From NCBI GenBank assembly GCA_964482455.1, contig CAYZXM010000002.1, positions 4,544 through 68,543 of the forward strand: DNA of 64,000 nucleotides, in the 5' to 3' direction. The stretch comes from an uncultured Treponema sp. (lineage in GTDB: Bacteria; Spirochaetota; Spirochaetia; Treponematales; Treponemataceae). The position numbers and the translations under genes were made by a program. The first letter of the stretch is position 1; every line of letters starts with the position of its first letter. Shown here piece after piece: positions 1 to 8,457 of the stretch. The notes beneath the pieces were generated by a model that was given only the letters and a program-made list of their open reading frames with translations, had not been told where the DNA came from and searched no databases.

Positions 1-1924
1 TGGTATAATGTTCGCCAAATTTAGGCACAGAAGAAATCAATGTTTTTGTATATGTATCTTCCGGCTGATTTATAATTTTTTTGGCCGTTCCAGTTTCTAC
101 AATTTTTCCATGACGCATTACACAAATGCGGTCGCTTATTAAAGATACAAGATTTATATCATGGCTTATAAAAATTATGGAAAGACCACGTTTTTTTCGT
201 AATTCTAATAAAAGCGACACAATTTGAGCTTGAATCGTAACATCTAAAGCGGTCGTTGGTTCGTCTGCAATTAAAAGCTCGCAATTTTGAGCCAACGCAA
301 GTGCAATTCCAATTCTCTGTAATTGTCCGCCAGAAAATTGATGCGGAAACGCTTTAAGTCTGCTATCAGGGTCTGGTAAGCCAACATCCATTAAAAGTTG
401 TGTAGCCTTTTTATCAGATTCAATCTTTGTAATATTTGGATTAATAATTTTAAATGTTTCAAAAAAAACAGAACCAATATTTTGCAAAGGGTCAAAACTT
501 CTTCCTGGTTCTTGAAAAATCAATGCAATTTTTTGACCACGAAACGCACGCAATTCTTTTTCTGAAAGAGAAGATATTTCTTTACCCTTAAAATAAATAT
601 GACCGCTCATACTAGCAGTTTTTGGTAAAAGGCAAGGAATTGCTGATGTAGAAACTGTTTTTCCCGAACCTGATTCTCCTACAATCCCCAAAATTTCTGA
701 AGAATTTACAAAAAATGAAACATCGTTTACCGCTGGAATTAAAACAGTTTTTGTTCCGTTGATTTTATTAAACGAAACAGTCAAATGTTCAACAGAAACA
801 ACAGAATCCGGATGCGAACAAATTGCCTTTTCATCAGATTTTTTATCAACTTTATTTAGCAAAGAATACTTTTTACGTTTAAAGACTGAACTATACGGAT
901 CATAATAATCACGCAGGGCATCGCCTAAAAAATTAAAAGCAAGCGTGACTAAAAGCAGCATAAAAACCGGTATTAAAAGCCACGGAAAATTCTTAAGATT
1001 AGAAACTGTAGAAATATCTCGATTTATAAGAGACCCCCAACTTACTGCAGGATCGCTTATTCCAAGTCCTAAATAAGAAAGAGTCGTTTCACTCATAATA
1101 AAACCAGGCACCGAAAGAGCCGTACTCACAATTAAAAGGCTTGCCGTCTGTGGAATTATGTAGCGAAAAATTACTATAAAACTGGGGATTCCTTCTAATT
1201 TTGCATCTTCAACAAATTCTTCTGTTTTAATGGAATGAACCATACCTCGAATTGTTCTTGCTGAACCTGGCCAACCAACCAACGCTAAAATCAAAGTGAT
1301 TACCATATAAGATGTGCCAGAATCCATTTTTGTATTCAAAAGAGAACGCAAAAACAAAATTAAGTAAAGCGATGGAATTAACATAAAGAATTCTGCAAAA
1401 CGCATAATCGCCCAATCAGTAATACTTCCAAAATATCCAGAAATTCCACCAAGCAGAACCGCAAGAAAAAGTGAAACAAAGGTTGCAACAAAACCAATTG
1501 TCAAAGAGATTCGACTGCCGTAAACAATGCGGCTAAAAAGATCTCGCCCAAGATTATCTGAACCAAAAAGATAAACCGGATATTCTGAATCAGTTCCAAA
1601 AAGATGGATTTTACATGGAATTAATCCAAAAAGTTTATAAGATTCACCTTTTACAAAAAATTTAAAGTTGTGAATACATTCTTCGTCTTTTACACGAACA
1701 TAATGCCATGTCGACTTATTTATTACTCGATATTCGCGAACTTTTAGACCTTTTTTTGTAATTTGAACATTTGCAGGATGAAAAGTGTTATTTTCGTAAG
1801 TTTTGCCAGCAGAATATGGAGCAAAAAAAGGAGCAAAAATCATTACAACGTACAAAATCAAAAGCAAAACTACACTGTAAAAAGCAAGAGGCCGCATCCT
1901 TAAATATCGAAAAAAAGATTTCAT
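1..1924 (-). CDS. Fused ABC transporter permease + ATP-binding protein, Opp/Dpp/Nik family (3' end runs off the window)
   Basis: Uninterrupted minus-strand frame from ATG at 1924 to the window edge; it is absent from the ORF track because there is no stop in the window. The N-terminal ~300 aa is an OppC/DppC-type permease (MKSFFRYLRMRPLAFYSVVLLL..., DNLGRDLFSRIVYGSRISL, AKLEGIPSFIVIFRYIIPQ). The frame continues without a stop (..GDALRDYYDPYSSVFKRKKYSLLNKVDKKSDEKA..) into an ATPase with Walker A GESGSGKT, signature FSGGQLQR and Walker B LLIADEPTTALD. Confidence 0.85.
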   Translation of the reverse strand, partial: MKSFFRYLRMRPLAFYSVVLLLILYVVMIFAPFFAPYSAGKTYENNTFHPANVQITKKGLKVREYRVINKSTWHYVRVKDEECIHNFKFFVKGESYKLFGLIPCKIHLFGTDSEYPVYLFGSDNLGRDLFSRIVYGSRISLTIGFVATFVSLFLAVLLGGISGYFGSITDWAIMRFAEFFMLIPSLYLILFLRSLLNTKMDSGTSYMVITLILALVGWPGSARTIRGMVHSIKTEEFVEDAKLEGIPSFIVIFRYIIPQTASLLIVSTALSVPGFIMSETTLSYLGLGISDPAVSWGSLINRDISTVSNLKNFPWLLIPVFMLLLVTLAFNFLGDALRDYYDPYSSVFKRKKYSLLNKVDKKSDEKAICSHPDSVVSVEHLTVSFNKINGTKTVLIPAVNDVSFFVNSSEILGIVGESGSGKTVSTSAIPCLLPKTASMSGHIYFKGKEISSLSEKELRAFRGQKIALIFQEPGRSFDPLQNIGSVFFETFKIINPNITKIESDKKATQLLMDVGLPDPDSRLKAFPHQFSGGQLQRIGIALALAQNCELLIADEPTTALDVTIQAQIVSLLLELRKKRGLSIIFISHDINLVSLISDRICVMRHGKIVETGTAKKIINQPEDTYTKTLISSVPKFGEHYT

Positions 1925-1953
1925 CTAACGAAATTTAAATTCCTACAAAAAGA

Positions 1954-2316
1954 CTAATTATTCTGCATCCAGTTTTTAATGCCGCGTACTACATCTGAAT
2001 CAATTACGTGTTCAACTCGACAAGCATTTCTTTCGGCTTGCTCTTCTTCAACACCTGTAATTTTCATAAGAAATTTCGTAAGCAACTGATGCCTGTCATA
2101 AACATCGTGAGCTTTTGTAAGTCCTTTTTCTGTAAAATTAATATGCTGACTTTCATCAACAAAGATATATCCATCTTCTTTTAAAATTCCCATTGCTCTA
2201 CTTACGCTTGGTTTAGAAACGTTAAGTTTATGAGCAACATCTACAGAATGACAGTCATTTTTTTCCTGTTTGATCATCAGAATTGCTTCAAGATAATCTT
2301 CGCCAGATTCGTACAT
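1954..2316 (-). CDS. DtxR/MntR-family metal-dependent transcriptional repressor (TroR-like)
   Basis: MYESGEDYLEAILMI...VSKPSVSRAMGILKEDGYI winged-HTH followed by a DtxR-type dimerisation/metal domain. The track ORF starts at TTG 2334, but AGGAGA followed by ATG 2316 is the better start. The stop lies 29 nt upstream of the permease/ATPase start. Confidence 0.85.
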   Translation of the reverse strand: MYESGEDYLEAILMIKQEKNDCHSVDVAHKLNVSKPSVSRAMGILKEDGYIFVDESQHINFTEKGLTKAHDVYDRHQLLTKFLMKITGVEEEQAERNACRVEHVIDSDVVRGIKNWMQNN

Positions 2317-2348
2317 CAATTTTTCTCCTGACAATTTCCTTCGCTTTA

Positions 2349-2398
2349 ATTATAACAGAAAAACAGAACTTTTTGAGTATCTTTTTATGTTACCTAAA
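2349..2398 (-). promoter_or_regulatory. Candidate extended -10 promoter (TGTTATAAT) plus imperfect 15-bp palindrome upstream of the DtxR-family gene
   Basis: The minus strand reads TGTTATAAT (plus-strand 2349-2357). Upstream, 2384-2398 is TTTATGT-T-ACCTAAA (one mismatch from a perfect palindrome), positioned around -35. This is pattern only. Confidence 0.3.
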
Positions 2399-2408
2399 TC
2401 GTAAAAGC

Positions 2409-4151
2409 CTAATCGTTTGACATCATTTCTTTGGAAAGTTCCAAAATCATATTATAAATTGGCTTTCCACCTGGAACCATTGGCAAAACCATTTCGTCTT
2501 TGTCAACTCTTGCATCTATTATAGCGGCTTTACCACTTGCAAATGCTTCGTCAAAAACTTTTGCAAATTCTTTTGCGTTAGTTACTCTGTAGCCTTTTAT
2601 TCCGTAGGCGTCAGCAAGTTTTACCCAATCTGGAGGAAAATCCAATGTTGTTTGACTGAATCGCTTTCCATAAAAAAGTCGCTGCCACATACGAACATTG
2701 CCTAATGCATTGTTATTTTCTATAACAATAACAATCGGAAGATTATAATGAGCAATTGTCGCAAGTTCATTGCAGTTCATTCTAAATGAACCGTCCCCTG
2801 CAATATGAACAACTCTGCTTCCTGTTTTTGAAAGAGAAATTCCAATTGCAGCACCAGTTCCGTATCCCATTGTTCCTAATCCACCAGAAGTTACAAATCG
2901 TCTTGATTTTCCAAACGGATAAAATTGTGCTGTCCACATTTGATGTTGCCCAACTTCTGTTGTAATAAAACAATCATCACCTACAACACTATGAATATGC
3001 TCACATATAAATTTAGGATTAATTGAATCCTTAGGATTTTTATCGTAACAAGAAGGATAAGTTTTTTTCCATTCATTAATTTGATTAAGCCAATCTTTGT
3101 GTTCATTTTTATTTATAAGTGGCAAAATCTTTTTAAGAACATCTTTTACATCGCCTACAACACTTACGTCAGTATCGATATTTTTATTGATTTCAGCTGG
3201 ATCAATGTCTATATGAAGAATTTTTGCTCTTTCAGCAAATTTAGACGCATCTCCATAAACTCTGTCAGAAAAACGAGCACCAATTGCAATAACAAGATCG
3301 GCTTCTGAAATTCCCATATTACTTGCGTAAGTTCCATGCATTCCGAGCATCCAAGTACAAAGAGGATGCGAAGACGGAAATACATCCCGCCCCATAAGAG
3401 ATTCGCTTACAGGAATATTTGCTTTTTCGGCAAGGAGCAAAAGTTCTTGTTCTGCACCAGAAATTTTTACTCCACCACCAGCGTAAATTATCGGACGTTC
3501 AGAAGCATTTATTATTTCTGCTGCTTTTTTAATATCTTCTTCTAATGGAGAAGGAACGGTTACCGCTCTCTTAAAACATACAGCATTCAAAGATTTTCTT
3601 GCCAATTCATCAGGATTTTTTGAAGGTTCAAACTCATGCTGAATATTTAAAGCCGTTACATCCTTTAAAATATCTATAAGAACAGGACCCGGACGACCCG
3701 ATTTTGCAATTAAAAACGCTTCTCGCATTGTCTGTGCTAAATCTTTTACATCTTTTACAAGAAAATTATGTTTTGTGATTGGAAGAGTTACTCCAGTAAT
3801 GTCGATTTCCTGAAAAGAATCGCGACCAAGCAACGCCTTTCCAACATTACAAGTAATTGCAACAATCGGAATTGAATCCATATAAGCCGTTGCAATTCCT
3901 GTTACAAGATTTGTTGCTCCAGGACCGCTGGTTGCCATACATACGCCAACTTTGCCAGTAGCACGAGCATAACCATCTGCGGCATGGCTTGCACCTTGCT
4001 CATGTGCGGTAAGAATATGTTTTATTCGATTAGAATTTTTATAGAGTTCATCGTAAATATTAAGGATGCATCCTCCCGGATAACCAAAAACTGTGTCTAC
4101 ACCCTGTTCAATAAGACATTCAATTACAATCTGAGAACCGTTTAACAACAT
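2409..4151 (-). CDS. ilvB: Acetolactate synthase (acetohydroxyacid synthase) large subunit, biosynthetic type
   Basis: 580 aa. Has ThDP-enzyme blocks GYPGGCILNIYDEL, HEQGASHAADGYARATGKVGVCMATSGPGATNLVTG, SFQEIDITGVTLPITKH and the ThDP-binding GDGSFRMNCNELAT. Confidence 0.9.
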   Translation of the reverse strand: MLLNGSQIVIECLIEQGVDTVFGYPGGCILNIYDELYKNSNRIKHILTAHEQGASHAADGYARATGKVGVCMATSGPGATNLVTGIATAYMDSIPIVAITCNVGKALLGRDSFQEIDITGVTLPITKHNFLVKDVKDLAQTMREAFLIAKSGRPGPVLIDILKDVTALNIQHEFEPSKNPDELARKSLNAVCFKRAVTVPSPLEEDIKKAAEIINASERPIIYAGGGVKISGAEQELLLLAEKANIPVSESLMGRDVFPSSHPLCTWMLGMHGTYASNMGISEADLVIAIGARFSDRVYGDASKFAERAKILHIDIDPAEINKNIDTDVSVVGDVKDVLKKILPLINKNEHKDWLNQINEWKKTYPSCYDKNPKDSINPKFICEHIHSVVGDDCFITTEVGQHQMWTAQFYPFGKSRRFVTSGGLGTMGYGTGAAIGISLSKTGSRVVHIAGDGSFRMNCNELATIAHYNLPIVIVIENNNALGNVRMWQRLFYGKRFSQTTLDFPPDWVKLADAYGIKGYRVTNAKEFAKVFDEAFASGKAAIIDARVDKDEMVLPMVPGGKPIYNMILELSKEMMSND

Positions 4152-4234
4152 AAAATTACCTACTCTTTTTAAATATAAATTTAGAGTAACGTTTTTTTAT
4201 GTTGTTTTCAATCAGAGTAAAATTTTAAAAAATT

Positions 4235-4873
4235 TTAACGAATATCATCTGCTGTCATTTCTAGTTTTGAAAGAATCTCTTTTAATTGACTTTCATCAAA
4301 ACCAGAAACTTTTACAGTAAGTCGTCTTTTTCCTGTTTCTTTTAATTCCCGGGTAACAAGAGAAATAAGATTTCCGTTATATTTTGCAATTTCATCAACA
4401 AGTTTTGCAACTTGCCCTGGTTTATCATCAAGTGTAAGAATAAAACGAACACCATCTTCTCGGCTTCCGAACATATCAGTAAAAAGTTCAAATAAATCGC
4501 TTTCTGTAATAATTCCAACCAAAACCGAGCCAGACATAACCGGAACACATCCAATTTCGTTATCTACCATAACTTTTGCAGCATTTTCAACAACTTCTGT
4601 ATCAGGAACAGTCACAACATTTTTTGTCATAACTTGTTCAACAGAAATCTTAGAAAGAAGATAACCAATTTCAAACATATCCAAAGTTGTCGCCTCTGAT
4701 GGAGCGGCTTTTGCTAAATCTTTTTTGGTAAGAATTCCTACAAGATTATTATTTTTATCAATAACTGGAAGTTTTCCAATATTTTTTTTATTCATCAATG
4801 CTTTTGCATCCGTAATTGAACTTTCCGGTGATATAACAACTGGATTTTTAGACATTACATTTTTTACAAGCAT
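4235..4873 (-). CDS. CBS-pair + ACT domain protein (AcuB-like)
   Basis: Two CBS motifs (VMSKNPVVISPESSITDA..., VMTKNVVTVPDTEVVENA...) followed by a C-terminal ACT-like segment (VRFILTLDDKPGQVAKLVDEIAKYNGNLISL). GGAGG followed by ATG 4873 is preferred over TTG 4885. Confidence 0.8.
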   Translation of the reverse strand: MLVKNVMSKNPVVISPESSITDAKALMNKKNIGKLPVIDKNNNLVGILTKKDLAKAAPSEATTLDMFEIGYLLSKISVEQVMTKNVVTVPDTEVVENAAKVMVDNEIGCVPVMSGSVLVGIITESDLFELFTDMFGSREDGVRFILTLDDKPGQVAKLVDEIAKYNGNLISLVTRELKETGKRRLTVKVSGFDESQLKEILSKLEMTADDIR

Positions 4874-4940
4874 ATACACCTCCAAAGCTAATCAAATTGT
4901 AACACGAAAAAACAGAAAATCAGCAAAAAAATAACAAGAA

Positions 4941-5648
4941 TTATCCACCAAGATATGCTTTTTTTACAGAATCATCATTTAAAAGTTCTGATGCTTTTCC
5001 TGTTTTTGTAATTTCACCAGTTTCAAGAACGTATGCTCTGTCTGCTATGGAAAGAGCCTTAAACGCATTCTGTTCAACAAGAAGAATTGTTGTTCCATCT
5101 GCATTAATCTTTTTTATAATTTCAAAAATTTCATCAACTAAAATTGGTGCAAGTCCCATACTTGGTTCGTCTAAAAGCAAAAGTTCAGGTTTACTCATTA
5201 TTGCTCTGCCCATAGCAAGCATTTGCTGTTCACCACCAGACAAAGTTCCGGCTGCCTGCTTTATTCTTTCTTTTAAGCGAGGAAAAAGCGAAAATACATA
5301 TTCAATATCTTTTTTAATTTCAACTTTATCCTTTCTTAAATATGCTCCAAGTTGAAGATTTTCAAAAACAGAAAGATTTGCAAAAACTCGTCGTCCTTCC
5401 GGAACTTGAATAAGATGCCGAGCAACAATTTTATCCGCACCAAGATTTGAAATATCTTTATCTTTAAACAAGATTTTTCCACTCTGCTTTTTTAAAATAT
5501 TAGAAATTGCATGAAGAGTTGTTGTTTTACCTGCACCGTTAGAACCTATCAGTGTAATAATTTCACCTTCTTCAACATTAAAACTTATTCCGTGCAACGC
5601 TTTTATTGCACCATAATTTACACAAAGATTTTTTACATCAAGCAGCAT
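4941..5648 (-). CDS. livF: Branched-chain amino acid ABC transporter ATP-binding protein
   Basis: Walker A GSNGAGKTT, signature LSGGEQQMLAMGRA, Walker B LLLLDEPS. It is the last gene of the liv-type operon. Confidence 0.9.
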   Translation of the reverse strand: MLLDVKNLCVNYGAIKALHGISFNVEEGEIITLIGSNGAGKTTTLHAISNILKKQSGKILFKDKDISNLGADKIVARHLIQVPEGRRVFANLSVFENLQLGAYLRKDKVEIKKDIEYVFSLFPRLKERIKQAAGTLSGGEQQMLAMGRAIMSKPELLLLDEPSMGLAPILVDEIFEIIKKINADGTTILLVEQNAFKALSIADRAYVLETGEITKTGKASELLNDDSVKKAYLGG

Positions 5649-5665
5649 AGTAACTCCATACTCTT

Positions 5666-6454
5666 TTAATTATTTCCAAGATACGCCTTTACAACTTCAG
5701 GATTTGCTCTAATTTCCTCTGGTGTACCACAAGCAATAATGCGTCCATAATTTAAAACCATAATTCTTTCACAAATTCCCATAACAAGTTTCATATCATG
5801 TTCAATTAAAAGGATTGTAAGTTTGAACTCATTACGGATAAATGTGATTAATTCCATAAGTTCTTTTGTTTCCTGAGGATTCATTCCAGCAGCAGGTTCG
5901 TCAAGTAATAAAAGTTTTGGATCAGAAGCAAGGGCACGTGCAATTTCTAGTTTTCTCTGTTCTCCATAAGGAAGATTTTTTGCTTTTTCGTTCGCCTTTG
6001 AATCAATCTTAAAAAGATTTAAAAGATTCATCGCCTTTTCATTCATAACAAGTTCATCACGACGAAATTTTGGAGTTCTAAAAAGAACATCTATCGGCGA
6101 AACTCTCCTTTGATTATGAAGAGCGATTAAAACATTTTCTTTTACCGTAAGATTTCCAAAAAGACGGATATTTTGAAAAGTTCTTGCAATTCCTAATCGA
6201 TTTAAATCCGCTGGACCAAATTTATTTATAACGTGAACTTTATCATTTTTATCCCAAAAATTAATCTGACCCGATGTAGGCGTATAAAGACCAGAAACCA
6301 TATTGAACATAGTTGTTTTTCCGGCACCATTAGGTCCGATAAGACCAACAAGTTCGCCTTCAAAAAGATCAAAAGATGCATCACTTACGGCACAAAGACC
6401 ACCAAATACAATTTTTACGTCTGAACACTGAAGAACTAGTTTTTTTTCAGCCAT
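5666..6454 (-). CDS. livG: Branched-chain amino acid ABC transporter ATP-binding protein
   Basis: Walker A GPNGAGKTT, LPYGEQRKLEIARALA, LLLLDEPAAGMN. The start overlaps the livM stop (TAATG). Confidence 0.9.
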   Translation of the reverse strand: MAEKKLVLQCSDVKIVFGGLCAVSDASFDLFEGELVGLIGPNGAGKTTMFNMVSGLYTPTSGQINFWDKNDKVHVINKFGPADLNRLGIARTFQNIRLFGNLTVKENVLIALHNQRRVSPIDVLFRTPKFRRDELVMNEKAMNLLNLFKIDSKANEKAKNLPYGEQRKLEIARALASDPKLLLLDEPAAGMNPQETKELMELITFIRNEFKLTILLIEHDMKLVMGICERIMVLNYGRIIACGTPEEIRANPEVVKAYLGNN

Positions 6455-7467
6455 TACTGCACCTCTTTCTTTGATTTTTCAGAACGAATCTTTAAAAAAC
6501 TCTTTAAATTATATTTTTTTATTGAATTAAACATTTTTACAAAACTAAACTCTTTTGTGCCTAAAAGTCCTTGCGGTCTAAAAAGCATTACAAGAATTAA
6601 AACAACCGGATAAAAAAGAAGTCTGTAATTTTGCAAAAATCTTAAACCTTCTTGAAGGAAAGTTAAAACAAATGCTGCCAAAACAGAACCAGTCATAGAC
6701 CCCATTCCACCAAGAACAACAAAAATAAGATAATCAATAGATTTAGTAAATGCAGCCTGCTCAGGTTTTATAAAACCAACATACATAACATAAAGAGCAC
6801 CACCAATACCAGCAACAAAACTAGCAAGAACAAATCCTGCCATTTTGTAATGGAAAACTCTAACGCCACACGAATTTGCTGCAATTTCATCTTCTCGAAC
6901 TGCAAGAATTGCTCTTCCATATGTTGAACGAATAATATTTTGCACGCACACAATCACAAGAACCAAAACACTTATCGAAACCAAAACTGCAACCGTAGAA
7001 TTTAAAGTTAAAATTGTTGGAAACGATTTTCCGTTTGGTCCGCCTGTCCATTGCTTTAAATTAACAAGAACAACACGAATAATTTCGCCAAATGCAAGAG
7101 TTACAATTGCAAGGTAGTCGCCCTCAAGTTTTAATGTAGGAAAACCAATCAAAAAACCAAAAAAAGCAGTTATTAATCCAGCACAAATTACTGCCAACGG
7201 CAAAGGAAGATGTGCATTCGTATTTAATAAAATTGTTGCATACGCACCAAGAGCCATAAATCCAGCTTGCCCTAAACTTAACTGCCCTGTAACACCAGAA
7301 ATAATATTTACACTAATTGCCATAATTGAATAAATACTGGCAAGTGTAAAAATTCCTGCATAATATGAATTCATAACTCCTACACAGGTAAGAAGTGTAG
7401 GTATAAGAATAACAATCAATGCTACAACTGAAAGAATCAATGTATTTTTTAAAAAGTTACTTTTCAT
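6454..7467 (-). CDS. livM: Branched-chain amino acid ABC transporter permease
   Basis: 337-aa polytopic membrane protein of LivM type (GQLSLGQAGFMALGAYA) within the liv operon context. Confidence 0.85.
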   Translation of the reverse strand: MKSNFLKNTLILSVVALIVILIPTLLTCVGVMNSYYAGIFTLASIYSIMAISVNIISGVTGQLSLGQAGFMALGAYATILLNTNAHLPLPLAVICAGLITAFFGFLIGFPTLKLEGDYLAIVTLAFGEIIRVVLVNLKQWTGGPNGKSFPTILTLNSTVAVLVSISVLVLVIVCVQNIIRSTYGRAILAVREDEIAANSCGVRVFHYKMAGFVLASFVAGIGGALYVMYVGFIKPEQAAFTKSIDYLIFVVLGGMGSMTGSVLAAFVLTFLQEGLRFLQNYRLLFYPVVLILVMLFRPQGLLGTKEFSFVKMFNSIKKYNLKSFLKIRSEKSKKEVQ

Positions 7468-7486
7468 TTTTACCTCGTTATAAAAA

Positions 7487-8377
7487 TCAGACTTTTACAG
7501 TTGTTTTTTTACCAAACAAACCAGATGGCTTAACAAGAAGAATTACAATCAAAATTATATACGAAATTGCATCTGCATACTGACTGCTTAAATATCCCTT
7601 TGTTAAAGTTTCTGCAATACCAAGAATAACTCCACCTGCCATAGCACCAGGAATAGAACCAATTCCACCAAGAACTGCCGCAACAAATGCCTTTAAACCT
7701 GGAATATAACCCATAACAGGATCAACCTGCGGATAAACGGTTGCATAAAGAACACCGCCCGCACCCGCTAAAACAGAACCAACAACAAACGTAATTGCAA
7801 TTATTTTATTTACATTTATTCCCATTAAAGCAGAAGCCTTTAAATCAAAAGAAACTGCCTGCATTGCCTTTCCAGTCTTTGTTTTATTTACAAGAAAGTT
7901 TAAAAGAACCATCAAAACAGCACTGGAAATTATTACGATAAGTTGTATTTTAGAAATTGAAAAAAGACCAATTGTATAAACTTTTGCTTCCATTGTAGGA
8001 ACTTGTTTTGGATCAGGACCAACAAACGGAAGAACACGCATAAGATTTTGAAGAATAAGTTCAACTGCAATCGCAGTAATTAAAGAATTTAATCTTGGAG
8101 ATTCACGTAACGGACGATATGCAAACCGTTCAATTAATATAGAAAGAATACCGCATACTACCATTGCACTAACGAATGCACCAGTCATTCCCATAAAATT
8201 TGCGCCTAATGCCAAAAGAACAAAATAACCGACGTACGAGCCGATCATCATAACATCACCATGTGCAAAATTTATAAGTTTTACAATTCCGTAAACCATT
8301 GTATAGCCAAGAGCAATCAGTGCATAAAGACTTCCTAAAGAAAGACCATTCACCAATTGTGCAATAAAAATATCCAT
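7487..8377 (-). CDS. livH: Branched-chain amino acid ABC transporter permease
   Basis: 296-aa polytopic membrane protein of LivH type (MDIFIAQLVNGLSLGSLYALIALGYTMVYG, INFAHGD). Confidence 0.85.
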   Translation of the reverse strand: MDIFIAQLVNGLSLGSLYALIALGYTMVYGIVKLINFAHGDVMMIGSYVGYFVLLALGANFMGMTGAFVSAMVVCGILSILIERFAYRPLRESPRLNSLITAIAVELILQNLMRVLPFVGPDPKQVPTMEAKVYTIGLFSISKIQLIVIISSAVLMVLLNFLVNKTKTGKAMQAVSFDLKASALMGINVNKIIAITFVVGSVLAGAGGVLYATVYPQVDPVMGYIPGLKAFVAAVLGGIGSIPGAMAGGVILGIAETLTKGYLSSQYADAISYIILIVILLVKPSGLFGKKTTVKV

Positions 8378-8457
8378 GCAATACTCCTAAAAAGGCAAAT
8401 TCATTGTATTTTAATAAATTAAATAATCTTAGGCAATTATAGAAAAATCTTGATAAT

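Noticed and set aside
4941-4949. TTATCCACC DnaA-box-like 9-mer at the livF 3' end
   Set aside because: It is a single imperfect box inside coding sequence, far from any AT-rich spacer. This is expected by chance.
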